A DNA stretch of 64,000 nt, from the IMG/VR virus record IMGVR_UViG_3300045988_136773. The stretch is one strand, 5' to 3'. The notes beneath the pieces were generated by a model that was not told the DNA's origin, did no database searches, and saw only the letters and a program-made list of their open reading frames with translations. Position 1 is the stretch's first letter. Every line of letters starts with the position of its first letter. Positions 1 to 9,261 of the stretch are shown one piece after another. The DNA comes from a virus. Position numbers and translations under genes: made by a program.

Positions 1-171
1 GTCACATTTGATGCATTCGATGGAACAGCAGGTATTACAATTGGTGGTGAACCGCCTATGCACATGTGTAAGCACTGTGCTACATTAGTACATAGATTGA
101 TCGATTCATTCTCTAGAGCATACAAAGCAGATGACACAGAAACAAGGTGTGACAATGGGCATTTGGACTAA
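1..171 (+). CDS. 3' end of a CDS entering from upstream of the window (hypothetical, CxxC motif)
   Basis: Frame 1 is open from base 1 to TAA at 169-171 (..GGEPPMHMCKHCATLVHRLIDSF..). It is absent from the ORF track because it has no start in the window. Confidence 0.4.
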   Translation, partial: VTFDAFDGTAGITIGGEPPMHMCKHCATLVHRLIDSFSRAYKADDTETRCDNGHLD

Positions 172-670
172 CATACGAGGTACGATATACTGTAGTCCAG
201 CAGGTGCTACTCCAGAGGAACAAGAGTACATACTAAAAACTGTATTGCGACATCTTCCAAAAGTGAATCCTTATAAAACTCGAAGAGATAATATGTTTGA
301 AACCTACATTAATCGAATTAATCAACCACAAGGATTTAGACCTTGGGATGAATTTGGAAATGATTCAAATCTAACAGATTACGACGATTACTGCTATAAG
401 GCATTCAGCTGCGACTACTCATTTGTTATTACGTTGTATGGTATGTTTCGATCGGATAATCAATCTGATGTTCTAAAGCGTTTTGAAAAATGGCTTTGCA
501 GATTTTCAAAGAGAATACTAGTCGATTATCTGAATATTGATATATGGGAATCTTGGGGAGAATCCAATAACAAAATTAGTATATCAAAATGGGAAGCATA
601 TCATGATATGTATGATTTTGAAACCAATTGGATAGATAAAATCCGTCCAGCTTACAGCTTTAACAGATAG
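155..670 (+). CDS. hypothetical protein
   Basis: ORF track 131..670. ATG at 155 is preceded by AAGGTG at suitable spacing and overlaps the upstream stop. Confidence 0.5.
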   Translation: MGIWTNIRGTIYCSPAGATPEEQEYILKTVLRHLPKVNPYKTRRDNMFETYINRINQPQGFRPWDEFGNDSNLTDYDDYCYKAFSCDYSFVITLYGMFRSDNQSDVLKRFEKWLCRFSKRILVDYLNIDIWESWGESNNKISISKWEAYHDMYDFETNWIDKIRPAYSFNR

Positions 671-684
671 GATGTGATGATCGG

Positions 685-843
685 ATGCTTGGTTTTTCAA
701 TAGGATTTTTAATAACTGGTATACTATTTAATGCACAATCACTTGATGAAAGAAGCCCAACAAAATGTATAGTATATACTGTGGCTGGCATACTCTGCAT
801 GCTACTGAGTGTAGCAATGTTTATTATACGAAATTATATTTAA
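685..843 (+). CDS. small predicted 2-TM membrane protein (52 aa, below ORF-track cutoff)
   Basis: Hand translation gives MLGFSIGFLITGILFNAQSLDERSPTKCIVYTVAGILCMLLSVAMFIIRNYI*, with two hydrophobic stretches. The RBS is weak. Confidence 0.3.
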   Translation: MLGFSIGFLITGILFNAQSLDERSPTKCIVYTVAGILCMLLSVAMFIIRNYI

Positions 844-859
844 TAAAGGGTGATTTTCG

Positions 860-1027
860 ATGATTTCAATCGTACAAGCACTTGCAATTTTAGGTGTTAT
901 GATTTTCTACGGTGGAATGCTTGCAAAATCAGAAAAGAAATCCATGATAGGTTTCTTTTTCGGAGCATTACTGCTAGGTCTGTCGATAATCATGATTTCA
1001 TTCCATATTGGAGGGTGTAATGTATAA
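860..1027 (+). CDS. small predicted 2-TM membrane protein (55 aa, below ORF-track cutoff)
   Basis: Hand translation gives MISIVQALAILGVMIFYGGMLAKSEKKSMIGFFFGALLLGLSIIMISFHIGGCNV*. AAGGGTGA lies 6 nt upstream of the ATG. Confidence 0.4.
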   Translation: MISIVQALAILGVMIFYGGMLAKSEKKSMIGFFFGALLLGLSIIMISFHIGGCNV

Positions 1028-1214
1028 CAATGGAAAAAGATTGTGTATTCGATGTGGTGACATATCACATAATTTTAGGATACCAATACAACTATTGAAA
1101 ACTGTGATATCAGCACCAATCTGCGATAAATGTTATAATGCACTTAGTCATGATTTAGTTGCATATCTTAATTTTACAAATCAAATAGACTTAGTTTTAT
1201 TTGATAAAAATTGA
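1020..1214 (+). CDS. small zinc-ribbon-like protein (CxxC..CxxC)
   Basis: ORF track 1008..1214. An in-frame ATG at 1020 follows GGAGGG. Motifs CIRCG and CDKC are present. Confidence 0.45.
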   Translation: MYNNGKRLCIRCGDISHNFRIPIQLLKTVISAPICDKCYNALSHDLVAYLNFTNQIDLVLFDKN

Positions 1215-1234
1215 TAAATAAAGGAGATAAAACT

Positions 1235-1531
1235 ATGAGAAAATTCAAATCCGCATATGTAAAACTTGCTGCTACATTATTAGCAATCCCTATGTTATTT
1301 ACAGGTTGCACAGCATCGTGTAGCCGAGAATGGACAGATATGAAATCTGATTTTTGTGGTGGTCTTAATCGTACTATCACAGTATACACTGCTGATGGGG
1401 AAGTGATTGCTACATACAGCGGTAAAATCGATATTGATACCAATGATGGTGGTTATGTAAAATTTGATTTAGACGGAAAGCGATACATCTACTACAACTG
1501 TTTTGTAGAATCTATTGCAGACATTGACTAA
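1235..1531 (+). CDS. putative lipoprotein
   Basis: ATG at 1235 follows AAGGAG. The N-terminus MRKFKSAYVKLAATLLAIPMLFTGC has a signal peptide and lipobox-like LFTGC. Confidence 0.55.
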   Translation: MRKFKSAYVKLAATLLAIPMLFTGCTASCSREWTDMKSDFCGGLNRTITVYTADGEVIATYSGKIDIDTNDGGYVKFDLDGKRYIYYNCFVESIADID

Positions 1532-1547
1532 CAAGAGGAGTATTGAA

Positions 1548-2318
1548 ATGAAAGTAGTGTTATTAGCACATACCCCCACGCCGGAACAGACCGTTGCCGC
1601 TGCGGCACGGCTATGTTATTCTGACACCGATGTAGAGGCTCTGCGGGAGTCCATTTCGCAGGAGCGTGCAGAACAGTTTGTGGAAATGCTGGCGGGATTT
1701 GGTCACGAAAGCCCCGTGGAACATGTGACATTTACATTTGGGATCGAGGGCGTTTCCCGTTCGTTTCTGGCACAGGTGACCCGTCACCGCATTGCTTCGT
1801 TCTCTGTGCAGAGCCAGCGGTATGTGCGGCAGGATCACTTTGTCTTTGTAACACCGCCGGCAATTGCTGCCGAGCCGGAACTGCTGCGGGAATACGAAAA
1901 TGCCATGCAGCAGTCCATTGACAGCTACAACCGGCTGGCGGACGCGTTGGCGGCGAAATATGTGCCGGAATTTCTGGCACAGGGCTGCACCGAAAAGGCA
2001 GCCAGCACCAAGGCGGAGAAAAAGGCGATCGAGGACGCACGGTATGTGCTGCCCAACGCCTGTGAAACCAAAATGATCCTGACCATGAATGTCCGCAGTC
2101 TGCGGAACTTTTTCCGGCTGCGGTGCTGCAATCGGGCACAGTGGGAGATTCGGGAAGTGGCAACGGAAATGCTCCGGCTCTGCTGTGAGGTTTCTCCTGC
2201 CATGTTCCGCACCGCCGGTCCGTCCTGCTACTGCGGCGGCTGTACCGAGGGCAAGATGAGCTGCGGCAAGGCGAAGGAAGTGCGGAAAAAGTTTGAAACT
2301 ATACACAATACTAAATAA
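1548..2318 (+). CDS. thyX: flavin-dependent thymidylate synthase ThyX
   Basis: It carries the RHR-x7-S signature (RHRIASFSVQS) and a typical N-terminus MKVVLLAHTPTPE. ATG at 1548 follows AGGAG. The CDS is GC-rich. Confidence 0.9.
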   Translation: MKVVLLAHTPTPEQTVAAAARLCYSDTDVEALRESISQERAEQFVEMLAGFGHESPVEHVTFTFGIEGVSRSFLAQVTRHRIASFSVQSQRYVRQDHFVFVTPPAIAAEPELLREYENAMQQSIDSYNRLADALAAKYVPEFLAQGCTEKAASTKAEKKAIEDARYVLPNACETKMILTMNVRSLRNFFRLRCCNRAQWEIREVATEMLRLCCEVSPAMFRTAGPSCYCGGCTEGKMSCGKAKEVRKKFETIHNTK

Positions 2319-2337
2319 GAAAATTCAATACTAAGAG

Positions 2338-2378
2338 TAAATAACCTACTAGACGGAAAATCTAGTAGGTTATTTTTT
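2338..2378 (+). terminator. rho-independent terminator after thyX
   Basis: A 13-bp perfect stem (ataacctactaga / tctagtaggttat at 2341-2353 / 2361-2373) with a 7-nt loop is followed by a T6 run. Confidence 0.8.
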
Positions 2379-2380
2379 GT

Positions 2381-2395
2381 AACCTTGTATACAAT
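2381..2395 (+). promoter_or_regulatory. conserved phage motif AACCTTGTATACAAT (copy 1 of 5, promoter-like)
   Basis: An identical 15-mer recurs at 10206-10220, with close variants at 43926, 54564 and 61883. All five are intergenic and on the + strand. Confidence 0.45.
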
Positions 2396-2684
2396 TGATG
2401 TATTTGTTTGGTGGTGGTTTGAAGTGTGTTCATGTGATACTTGCAATTGTTCTGAGAAGTGTATGTGTGTTGAAATCCCAAATGCAGATACTTGTATTCA
2501 TCCAGAAGATATTGTAAAGCTTGGTAGATTTTCTCATGAAAAGTGGATTGTTAAGTATGGATGGTATACCTGGGGAGGAAACAGACCAGTTATTGGGTGG
2601 TATCTTACTGGATTTGATGATACATCCAGATTGAAACCTCTTCAAAAAACGGATATAGATGATATCTACATTATCGAAAGATAG
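2385..2684 (+). CDS. hypothetical Cys-rich small protein (start uncertain; GTG at 2424 after GGTGG is plausible)
   Basis: ORF track. First gene after the thyX terminator. Confidence 0.45.
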   Translation: MYTIDVFVWWWFEVCSCDTCNCSEKCMCVEIPNADTCIHPEDIVKLGRFSHEKWIVKYGWYTWGGNRPVIGWYLTGFDDTSRLKPLQKTDIDDIYIIER

Positions 2685-2696
2685 GTGTGATTGTGA

Positions 2697-3476
2697 TTGG
2701 AATATATTGTAATCCCTGAAAGTGGTGAAAAAATCACAGTAGGGGCAGTTGTACAAATATCTGAGGAGTCAGATACAAAATATGTCCTGCTAAATGGGAT
2801 ATACATATATGACGGTACACAGGCTACAGGTCTATTTTTCTCGTCTATTCCAGATCGTATAACTGTACCAATAGATAATGTAGATCTATCAAAACTTATT
2901 GTAATATCCGATGGGACAGGTGGATGTTCATGCCCATGTGAACCACATCCGAATCCACCGCCACCACATAGAGCATATAACTGTGTAGAAGAATATGTGG
3001 AGAATATTGCGTATCATACTGGACAACTTATATGGTTAAATCATGGAGAAATATATCAAGCGACATGTGATTTTGTTTCGTCAAAATCAGAATCTACAGT
3101 AGAAGCAAATTTTAGTGCTGACGTTGAATCTAGTTATCTGGTTCCAATTTCAGAAAAAATATCTAGTTCAGTTGGATTAGCGTATGCACTTGATTTTGAA
3201 CAAGAATTTCAAACTTCTGAACCGACAAAAGCACAAGCAGATGTATTTTTATCAAAACTAAATCCGCCGATACCTCCTGCACCTGGTATTACGCTTGTGA
3301 ATATAAATCCAGTGTCTGCTACGTTTACAATATCATTTATGTATTGTAAATCTGGAGATGAACTTATATTTGTTCAAATCGATGATAGCATACGGGAAAC
3401 TATTTCTGATATTGAAAATAGGATAGTTGATATTCAACCTATATCTAATATCGAGTTAGAGCAAATGCTAACATGA
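2697..3476 (+). CDS. hypothetical structural-module protein (Pro-rich HPNPPPPH linker)
   Basis: ORF track. Tightly coupled to the downstream fibre-like genes. Confidence 0.45.
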   Translation: MEYIVIPESGEKITVGAVVQISEESDTKYVLLNGIYIYDGTQATGLFFSSIPDRITVPIDNVDLSKLIVISDGTGGCSCPCEPHPNPPPPHRAYNCVEEYVENIAYHTGQLIWLNHGEIYQATCDFVSSKSESTVEANFSADVESSYLVPISEKISSSVGLAYALDFEQEFQTSEPTKAQADVFLSKLNPPIPPAPGITLVNINPVSATFTISFMYCKSGDELIFVQIDDSIRETISDIENRIVDIQPISNIELEQMLT

Positions 3477-3486
3477 GGTGATTTTA

Positions 3487-4134
3487 GTGGGTAAATTTTT
3501 AGATGATAACGGTGTCCTGTACTTATGGAACAAGATCAAATCGATGTTTGTGCAAAAAGAAGATGGAAAGGGACTATCTTCAAATGATTTTACAGATGCA
3601 GAGAAAACAAAACTATTTGGAATTGAAGCTGGAGCAAATAAATATGTGCATCCTACAACCGACGGAAACAAGCATATTCCTACAGGTGGTTCCGATGGAC
3701 AAGTACTAAAATATGGTGGTTCATCCGGTACAGCTGCATGGGCGAACCCAGAAGTGATTGCTGTAGATGATGCACTTTCTAGTACATCAACAAATCCAGT
3801 TCAAAATAAGGTTGTTAATACTGCACTAGGTAATAAGATAGGCACGTCTGCCAGAGGTGCGAAGAATGGTGTTGCTTCCCTCGATGCAAATGGACTTGTC
3901 CCCAGCTCTCAGTTGCCGTCCTATGTAGATGATGTCATTGAAGGCTATTATTCTAATGGAGCATTTTATAAAGAAGCAACGCATAAAACTGTGATTACTG
4001 GTGAAACTGGTAAGATTTATGTAGATTTAACAACAAATATGTCTTATCGATATGGCGGCACAGAATATGTAAAAATCACATCATCTGATATGGTCGCTAT
4101 TACAAATGCAGAACTGGATACGATTTGCGTATAA
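3487..4134 (+). CDS. tail-fibre-like protein
   Basis: GTG at 3487 lies 5 nt after GAGGTGA. It has the LSSNDFTDAEKTKL repeat motif common in phage fibre proteins. The N-terminal YLWNKIK is shared with the next gene. Confidence 0.5.
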   Translation: MGKFLDDNGVLYLWNKIKSMFVQKEDGKGLSSNDFTDAEKTKLFGIEAGANKYVHPTTDGNKHIPTGGSDGQVLKYGGSSGTAAWANPEVIAVDDALSSTSTNPVQNKVVNTALGNKIGTSARGAKNGVASLDANGLVPSSQLPSYVDDVIEGYYSNGAFYKEATHKTVITGETGKIYVDLTTNMSYRYGGTEYVKITSSDMVAITNAELDTICV

Positions 4135-4149
4135 GGCAGGTGACTATAG

Positions 4150-6126
4150 GTGGGTATATATTTAAGCAAAGACGGAATCTCATATCTATGGTCTAAAATC
4201 AAGAATAAGTTTTATATCAAGCCCTCTACAGGCATTCCGAAATCTGACCTAGCTTCATCTGTACAGACAAGTCTGGGAAAAGCAGATACAGCACTGCAAA
4301 AGCATCAAGATATTTCCGGAAAGGTTGATAATACTGCAGCAGGGGCAGATTCACTGCTATCAAAAATAACAAGTAGCTGGACTGCAGCTCCTACGGATAA
4401 TACATATTTCATTAGACAAGATACGTCAAGTAAAAATGAATTCGGTCGAGTCAAATTTTCTACTTTATGGAGCTATATAAAGTCAAAAGTTGAATCACTA
4501 GGCTATACTAAAAATACTGGTACTATCACAGGCATAAAAATGAACGGTGCAAGCAAGGGTACTAGCGGCGTAGTTGATCTGGGTACGGTTATTACAGCAC
4601 ATCAAGACATCTCCGGTAAACAAGACAAGTCTACGGCTGTAACACATAGTGCAAACACAGCGGTTGGTTCTTCTACGAAACCTGTTTATATTGCTAAGAA
4701 TGGTGTCGCCACGGCTATATCTCATTCTATTAATGCTGATGTCCCTGCAAATGCGAAGTTCACTGATACCACCTACAGCGATGCCACACAGTCTGCACAC
4801 GGTCTGATGACTGCGGCGGATAAGAAGAAACTGGACGGAATGGATTTGTCGAAGTACCTTCCAAAGTCCGGCGGGGTGATGACTGGTGACATCGATATGC
4901 AGACCAATAAACGGGATATATTGGTAGGGACGCATAAAGCGAATACATCTAACGGAACGGCGGTTGCTGGCGGGATAATTGAAAAACGTGCAAATATGAC
5001 GAGTACTCTTCCTGAGATGCGATCATTTGTTGGTATGTTTCATAACACGGATATCGATAGATTTTATAATTTAATATCAGTTAGACACCGAAATGGTTAT
5101 AGCGATGGAAATTTATATGGTATGTACATTTTTAGCGAATCGACAACGGCTTCCGCTGACTTGAAATGGGGAAAGCAAACTAAAGCCTCTGGATGGACAA
5201 ACGATTTTACATTATTAGACAGTAGAAACTATACAAACTACGCCCTAGCCAAAGACGGAACGGCGGTTAAGGCTAATGCTCTGAGTGCTGGGCATATGAA
5301 ATTTGGGTATATAACCAATGCTGACGCTACCGCAAACGATGGCTATTTATGGGCGAGGGCAGGGTATTGTGTGAGTGGCACTGGTTACGATACTATAACA
5401 TTAACATTACTGGTAATGAACGGTTATGCTGGTGCCGGGTTGTTCTCATTATTTTTCCGAAACAGTTCCGACGGCAAATCATGTGATAATATAGGTGTAG
5501 AACAGATATGTACGAACAAGCCTAGTTATATTAGCAACGATCAAATCAAATTCATTGCCGTGTACACTGGTACCGAAGTTAGATATGAATTGTGGTACAA
5601 AATAACATCCAGATGGTCAGCGTTACAATTCATTTGCGTTGGCGAACAGCGTTATGCTGGAGCTAACAGTAACTCTTGGGTATTTGAGAAACGTACCGGA
5701 TCAACATTTCAGAAAGGGCCGGCATCTGGAAATAAAGAGGCTACATATTCGAACAATGGCGTAGTAGCTACTGCCACCACTCTCACTGATTCTGGGTGGT
5801 CGAGTGTTACTACTTATGTTGTTGATAAGAGCAAGTTTAATAATATAAGCACAGAGTTCCGAAGGATCGGTCAGATTGCGTGGGTTAAATGCAGTTTTAC
5901 ACCGAACGTTGCCATGACCAGAATTACAATTTGTGACGTGACTAAAGTTGATCCGTTTGTTGTTGTTACTCCGGCTAATACTGCATACGGAGTCGGAAGT
6001 AATGGCGATGGAACTGAAAACTTTATAGCGCATATATCTTATAGCCCAGACAGTAAATTGTATTTAAGAGGTAATTTTAAGCCGTCCACCAGTTACAGAC
6101 TAATGTTTTCGTATCCGGTAACCTAA
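4150..6126 (+). CDS. tail fibre protein
   Basis: 658 aa, with an N-terminal YLWSKIK adaptor-like motif and the fibre motif GLMTAADKKKLDG. GTG at 4150 follows AGGTGA. Confidence 0.6.
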   Translation: MGIYLSKDGISYLWSKIKNKFYIKPSTGIPKSDLASSVQTSLGKADTALQKHQDISGKVDNTAAGADSLLSKITSSWTAAPTDNTYFIRQDTSSKNEFGRVKFSTLWSYIKSKVESLGYTKNTGTITGIKMNGASKGTSGVVDLGTVITAHQDISGKQDKSTAVTHSANTAVGSSTKPVYIAKNGVATAISHSINADVPANAKFTDTTYSDATQSAHGLMTAADKKKLDGMDLSKYLPKSGGVMTGDIDMQTNKRDILVGTHKANTSNGTAVAGGIIEKRANMTSTLPEMRSFVGMFHNTDIDRFYNLISVRHRNGYSDGNLYGMYIFSESTTASADLKWGKQTKASGWTNDFTLLDSRNYTNYALAKDGTAVKANALSAGHMKFGYITNADATANDGYLWARAGYCVSGTGYDTITLTLLVMNGYAGAGLFSLFFRNSSDGKSCDNIGVEQICTNKPSYISNDQIKFIAVYTGTEVRYELWYKITSRWSALQFICVGEQRYAGANSNSWVFEKRTGSTFQKGPASGNKEATYSNNGVVATATTLTDSGWSSVTTYVVDKSKFNNISTEFRRIGQIAWVKCSFTPNVAMTRITICDVTKVDPFVVVTPANTAYGVGSNGDGTENFIAHISYSPDSKLYLRGNFKPSTSYRLMFSYPVT

Positions 6127-6140
6127 GGAGGTAATTAAAA

Positions 6141-9100
6141 ATGGCAAAGACACTTTGGAATGAAGGACGAGTTGTTGGATATTCAGCATATGAGCTATAT
6201 GTAAGACATGCAATCGCGACAGATCCGGAGCATCCACCAGTAGATGAAAAAACATGGCTTTCATCTATGCTTGGAATGGGAAACTCTATGGTGTTACATA
6301 TAGGGACAGATGAAGTTCAAGGTATGCACTATCGAGATTTCTCATTACCAGAATCATCTAGACTATGTGCAGCATCTACAATCATAGCCTCAGTATTTTT
6401 AGGGGCTGGAAGAAATGGTGATACAGATTTCAAAAGTGCAGAATCCGGATGGGCCACGTCTATTTCAGATTACGGAATTCTAATCAACAATACTAGTTCA
6501 AGTTCTCCTACTGGAACTGTAGATTCTAGCAGTGCTATACCACCAAGTACAATTTCAAATGTATCAGAATCAGAATATACTACATATGTATCAGAATACT
6601 CAAAAATCGTAGATGGCATAGTGATTCAGCCAGGAGCATGGTCAGATAATACAGAAAAACCACCAGAAAAGGCACTTGCTCCTAATATGACAGTTGTACC
6701 AACTTTGAGGATTGCATTTGCTGATCAAATCACACACCCATTTTATATTATATTGACAGGTTTTTTAAATCGATCTATTATAAGCACATTATCGAAAAGT
6801 ACATCGAATAATTCTGAAGATGGTGACTTTTTAGGTCCAGCAGAATTCCCATGGTCTTCTAAAATCGTATTTCAAACGCCAGCAGCATATGCATCTTTGT
6901 ATGCAAGTACGGATTATATCCGATCGCTTCCAAAACAAAATGACGCAGTCCATGTGACAACTGACAGTGTTATTGACACAGAAACCACGAATCCGATTGA
7001 TTTTTATGCACAAAATAGCCCAGTGTCTACGATCGATATAAATGTACAGAAACTAAAGACTGTAAAAGACGGTGCTTCTGTACTTGCAACATATTCAGCT
7101 TCAGATGATCTCCCACCTGCACTATATGGCATGCGACTAAAATCCGCAGTATCTAACTCAAATAATCCATATATCACATCTGTTGAATCACCGGTTTATG
7201 GATTATTTCACGGAGATGAATCTGACGCGTCGAAACTGGATTACACTATGTCAGATTCTGACTGGAATACATTATCACTGGTATCAAAAAATAAAAAAGA
7301 CGCTGGGTACACAATATCTAAGACCGTATTGAAGTCGATATGGAATGAACTGTGTCAAGATAGCTATAAGTATTCATATGCTAAAAACTTGTTTTATATA
7401 AACATGCAAGATGATTGTGCATTTAGTTTATTTCCTGCATCTGAAATTCAAACGCTAACCCAATATATTCGGCTGCTGAAAACTCCAGATTCAACATTTG
7501 CAACATATAAATTTCATTTTGATACCCCAGTATCAATCAAAAACAAATTGTACTATAACTTTACAATTGGTTGCCACCCAAGCATAGATTCTGTATTTTG
7601 GCTAACCCTCGGTGTATCATCAGATGATATTGCATTGCCAAACGCAATGTGTCCAATAGATACAACAGCACCAGGCACAGTAAAGCTATACACAGATCAA
7701 GATACTGCAAAAACATTAGAAGATAGCTATCCAAGTAATACCGCACTTATTCGTGATTCTGACTATGTAATACATCAGCTGAATCAGTATCAAGATATTG
7801 TGCCTGTATCTAAAGTAGAAACATCTTCAATTTTGAATGATTTATATGTATACAATCTAAGCATGATTAATCCATACTTAGTAGTTGACGGAAATTCTCC
7901 CAGAAACGGTGTTACTGTAAATGCACTATCTGGATATGATGCAAGTAAATCTGTTTGGGATAATGAACCGAATACATATACAATTACTTACAATGAAGAA
8001 ACATTGTCTGGTACATACCTGCAATCACACCCAGAAGAAAAACTAAAATACAATGAACCCGTTGTTATAGTAAAAAAGCGTATTGTTGGCTATCTGTCAG
8101 ATAAAATCAAAAATCTCTGTGGATATGAGTACGATCCAGATACTAAGAAATTAAAATCTGGAGGATACTGGGATAATGCGGTCCTCATATTATCGACTAT
8201 TCCAGAATCCAGAAGAACTGATTACTACTATATTGTACCGTCTACACGCTCAGACACTACAAGAACTCAGGATACGTTTGCTTGGCCAGTTCGTAAATCG
8301 GACAATTATGTAGATGTTACAGTACAGTATAGAATACGCATATTTGTTACAAAAACCACAAACTCTGGTGTAATTTCCTCTGAATACAAAATTCCGTCCA
8401 TGTCAAATACAGTACAGCTGTCTGATGGAACAGCAACACAAAGTGGTTTACTTGGAAGCATGTGGAATAATGGATCTAGTTCAGATGGTCTAACATACAA
8501 TCACGGATGGGCATATATTCACACAGATGATCAAGTGCACACCATATTAAAAGATGCAATGACACCTCTGAATGGTCAAAACAGCTGTATCTACGAAGGT
8601 GATACTCTGTTGCCGATGTATAATCTGTATCACACTAATATGACAGCAAGCGATGTGTTCGGGGTACAGTCCATGACAAACGCAGGGATTTTATCAAAAT
8701 TTCGAAGTATGTCCTTGCACGACTTCTTAGTAACTGCAATCACTACAGACATGGGTACAGGCCAAACCTTAAATAATAACATATCCGCGCATCGTGAAAA
8801 CCTGATACAGTCTGTATCATTTTATACAAATGGAAAGCACGAATCAGGTGCATTTACAAGTGCTGGTGATTTGCTGTTTACGTTGCAAAATAAAGTATCT
8901 ACTGATACCGTGGAAAAAACCATGTTATTATCAGTACCAAGCATGTATCAAGATAGTGCAGGAAATGCACCGCAATGTGCTATGATACAGACAGGTAATT
9001 TAAAATCTAGGGTTTTATCGCTTTCAGATCATGAAAATTCCCCTTATGGACTATATGGTGCATCTGGAACTATACAAAGTAACTCTGTTGGTAAGCTAAC

Positions 9101-9248
9101 GTGGATGCAACTTTTGAACGCCTTAGCTGGTGATAAAACACTAGACTTGCTAACAGACCAGATTCGGCAGCTTATTTCTGCACTATCTACTTGTGGAGAC
9201 GGTGAGTGGAAAATAAAAATCGAAAATGGAAAAATAGCACTCGTTTGA
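6141..9248 (+). CDS. large virion-associated protein (1035 aa, function unknown)
   Basis: Long ORF with a strong RBS (AAGGAGG), sitting within the fibre cluster. Confidence 0.5.
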   Translation: MAKTLWNEGRVVGYSAYELYVRHAIATDPEHPPVDEKTWLSSMLGMGNSMVLHIGTDEVQGMHYRDFSLPESSRLCAASTIIASVFLGAGRNGDTDFKSAESGWATSISDYGILINNTSSSSPTGTVDSSSAIPPSTISNVSESEYTTYVSEYSKIVDGIVIQPGAWSDNTEKPPEKALAPNMTVVPTLRIAFADQITHPFYIILTGFLNRSIISTLSKSTSNNSEDGDFLGPAEFPWSSKIVFQTPAAYASLYASTDYIRSLPKQNDAVHVTTDSVIDTETTNPIDFYAQNSPVSTIDINVQKLKTVKDGASVLATYSASDDLPPALYGMRLKSAVSNSNNPYITSVESPVYGLFHGDESDASKLDYTMSDSDWNTLSLVSKNKKDAGYTISKTVLKSIWNELCQDSYKYSYAKNLFYINMQDDCAFSLFPASEIQTLTQYIRLLKTPDSTFATYKFHFDTPVSIKNKLYYNFTIGCHPSIDSVFWLTLGVSSDDIALPNAMCPIDTTAPGTVKLYTDQDTAKTLEDSYPSNTALIRDSDYVIHQLNQYQDIVPVSKVETSSILNDLYVYNLSMINPYLVVDGNSPRNGVTVNALSGYDASKSVWDNEPNTYTITYNEETLSGTYLQSHPEEKLKYNEPVVIVKKRIVGYLSDKIKNLCGYEYDPDTKKLKSGGYWDNAVLILSTIPESRRTDYYYIVPSTRSDTTRTQDTFAWPVRKSDNYVDVTVQYRIRIFVTKTTNSGVISSEYKIPSMSNTVQLSDGTATQSGLLGSMWNNGSSSDGLTYNHGWAYIHTDDQVHTILKDAMTPLNGQNSCIYEGDTLLPMYNLYHTNMTASDVFGVQSMTNAGILSKFRSMSLHDFLVTAITTDMGTGQTLNNNISAHRENLIQSVSFYTNGKHESGAFTSAGDLLFTLQNKVSTDTVEKTMLLSVPSMYQDSAGNAPQCAMIQTGNLKSRVLSLSDHENSPYGLYGASGTIQSNSVGKLTWMQLLNALAGDKTLDLLTDQIRQLISALSTCGDGEWKIKIENGKIALV

Positions 9249-9261
9249 TAGGTGGTGTCTA

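Noticed and set aside
1528-2306. Five long ORFs overlapping thyX (1528..1731-, 1611..2306-, 1732..2163-, 1864..2076+, 1925..2212-).
   Set aside because: They are confined to the GC-rich thyX island, lack RBSs and give low-complexity Arg/Pro/Ala-rich products. This is the expected stop-codon depletion of high-GC DNA. The ThyX frame carries the diagnostic motif.
3487-6126. A diversity-generating retroelement acting on the tail-fibre genes.
   Set aside because: No reverse transcriptase gene and no template/variable repeat pair could be found by eye. The similarity between the two fibre genes is limited to short N-terminal and fibre-repeat motifs.
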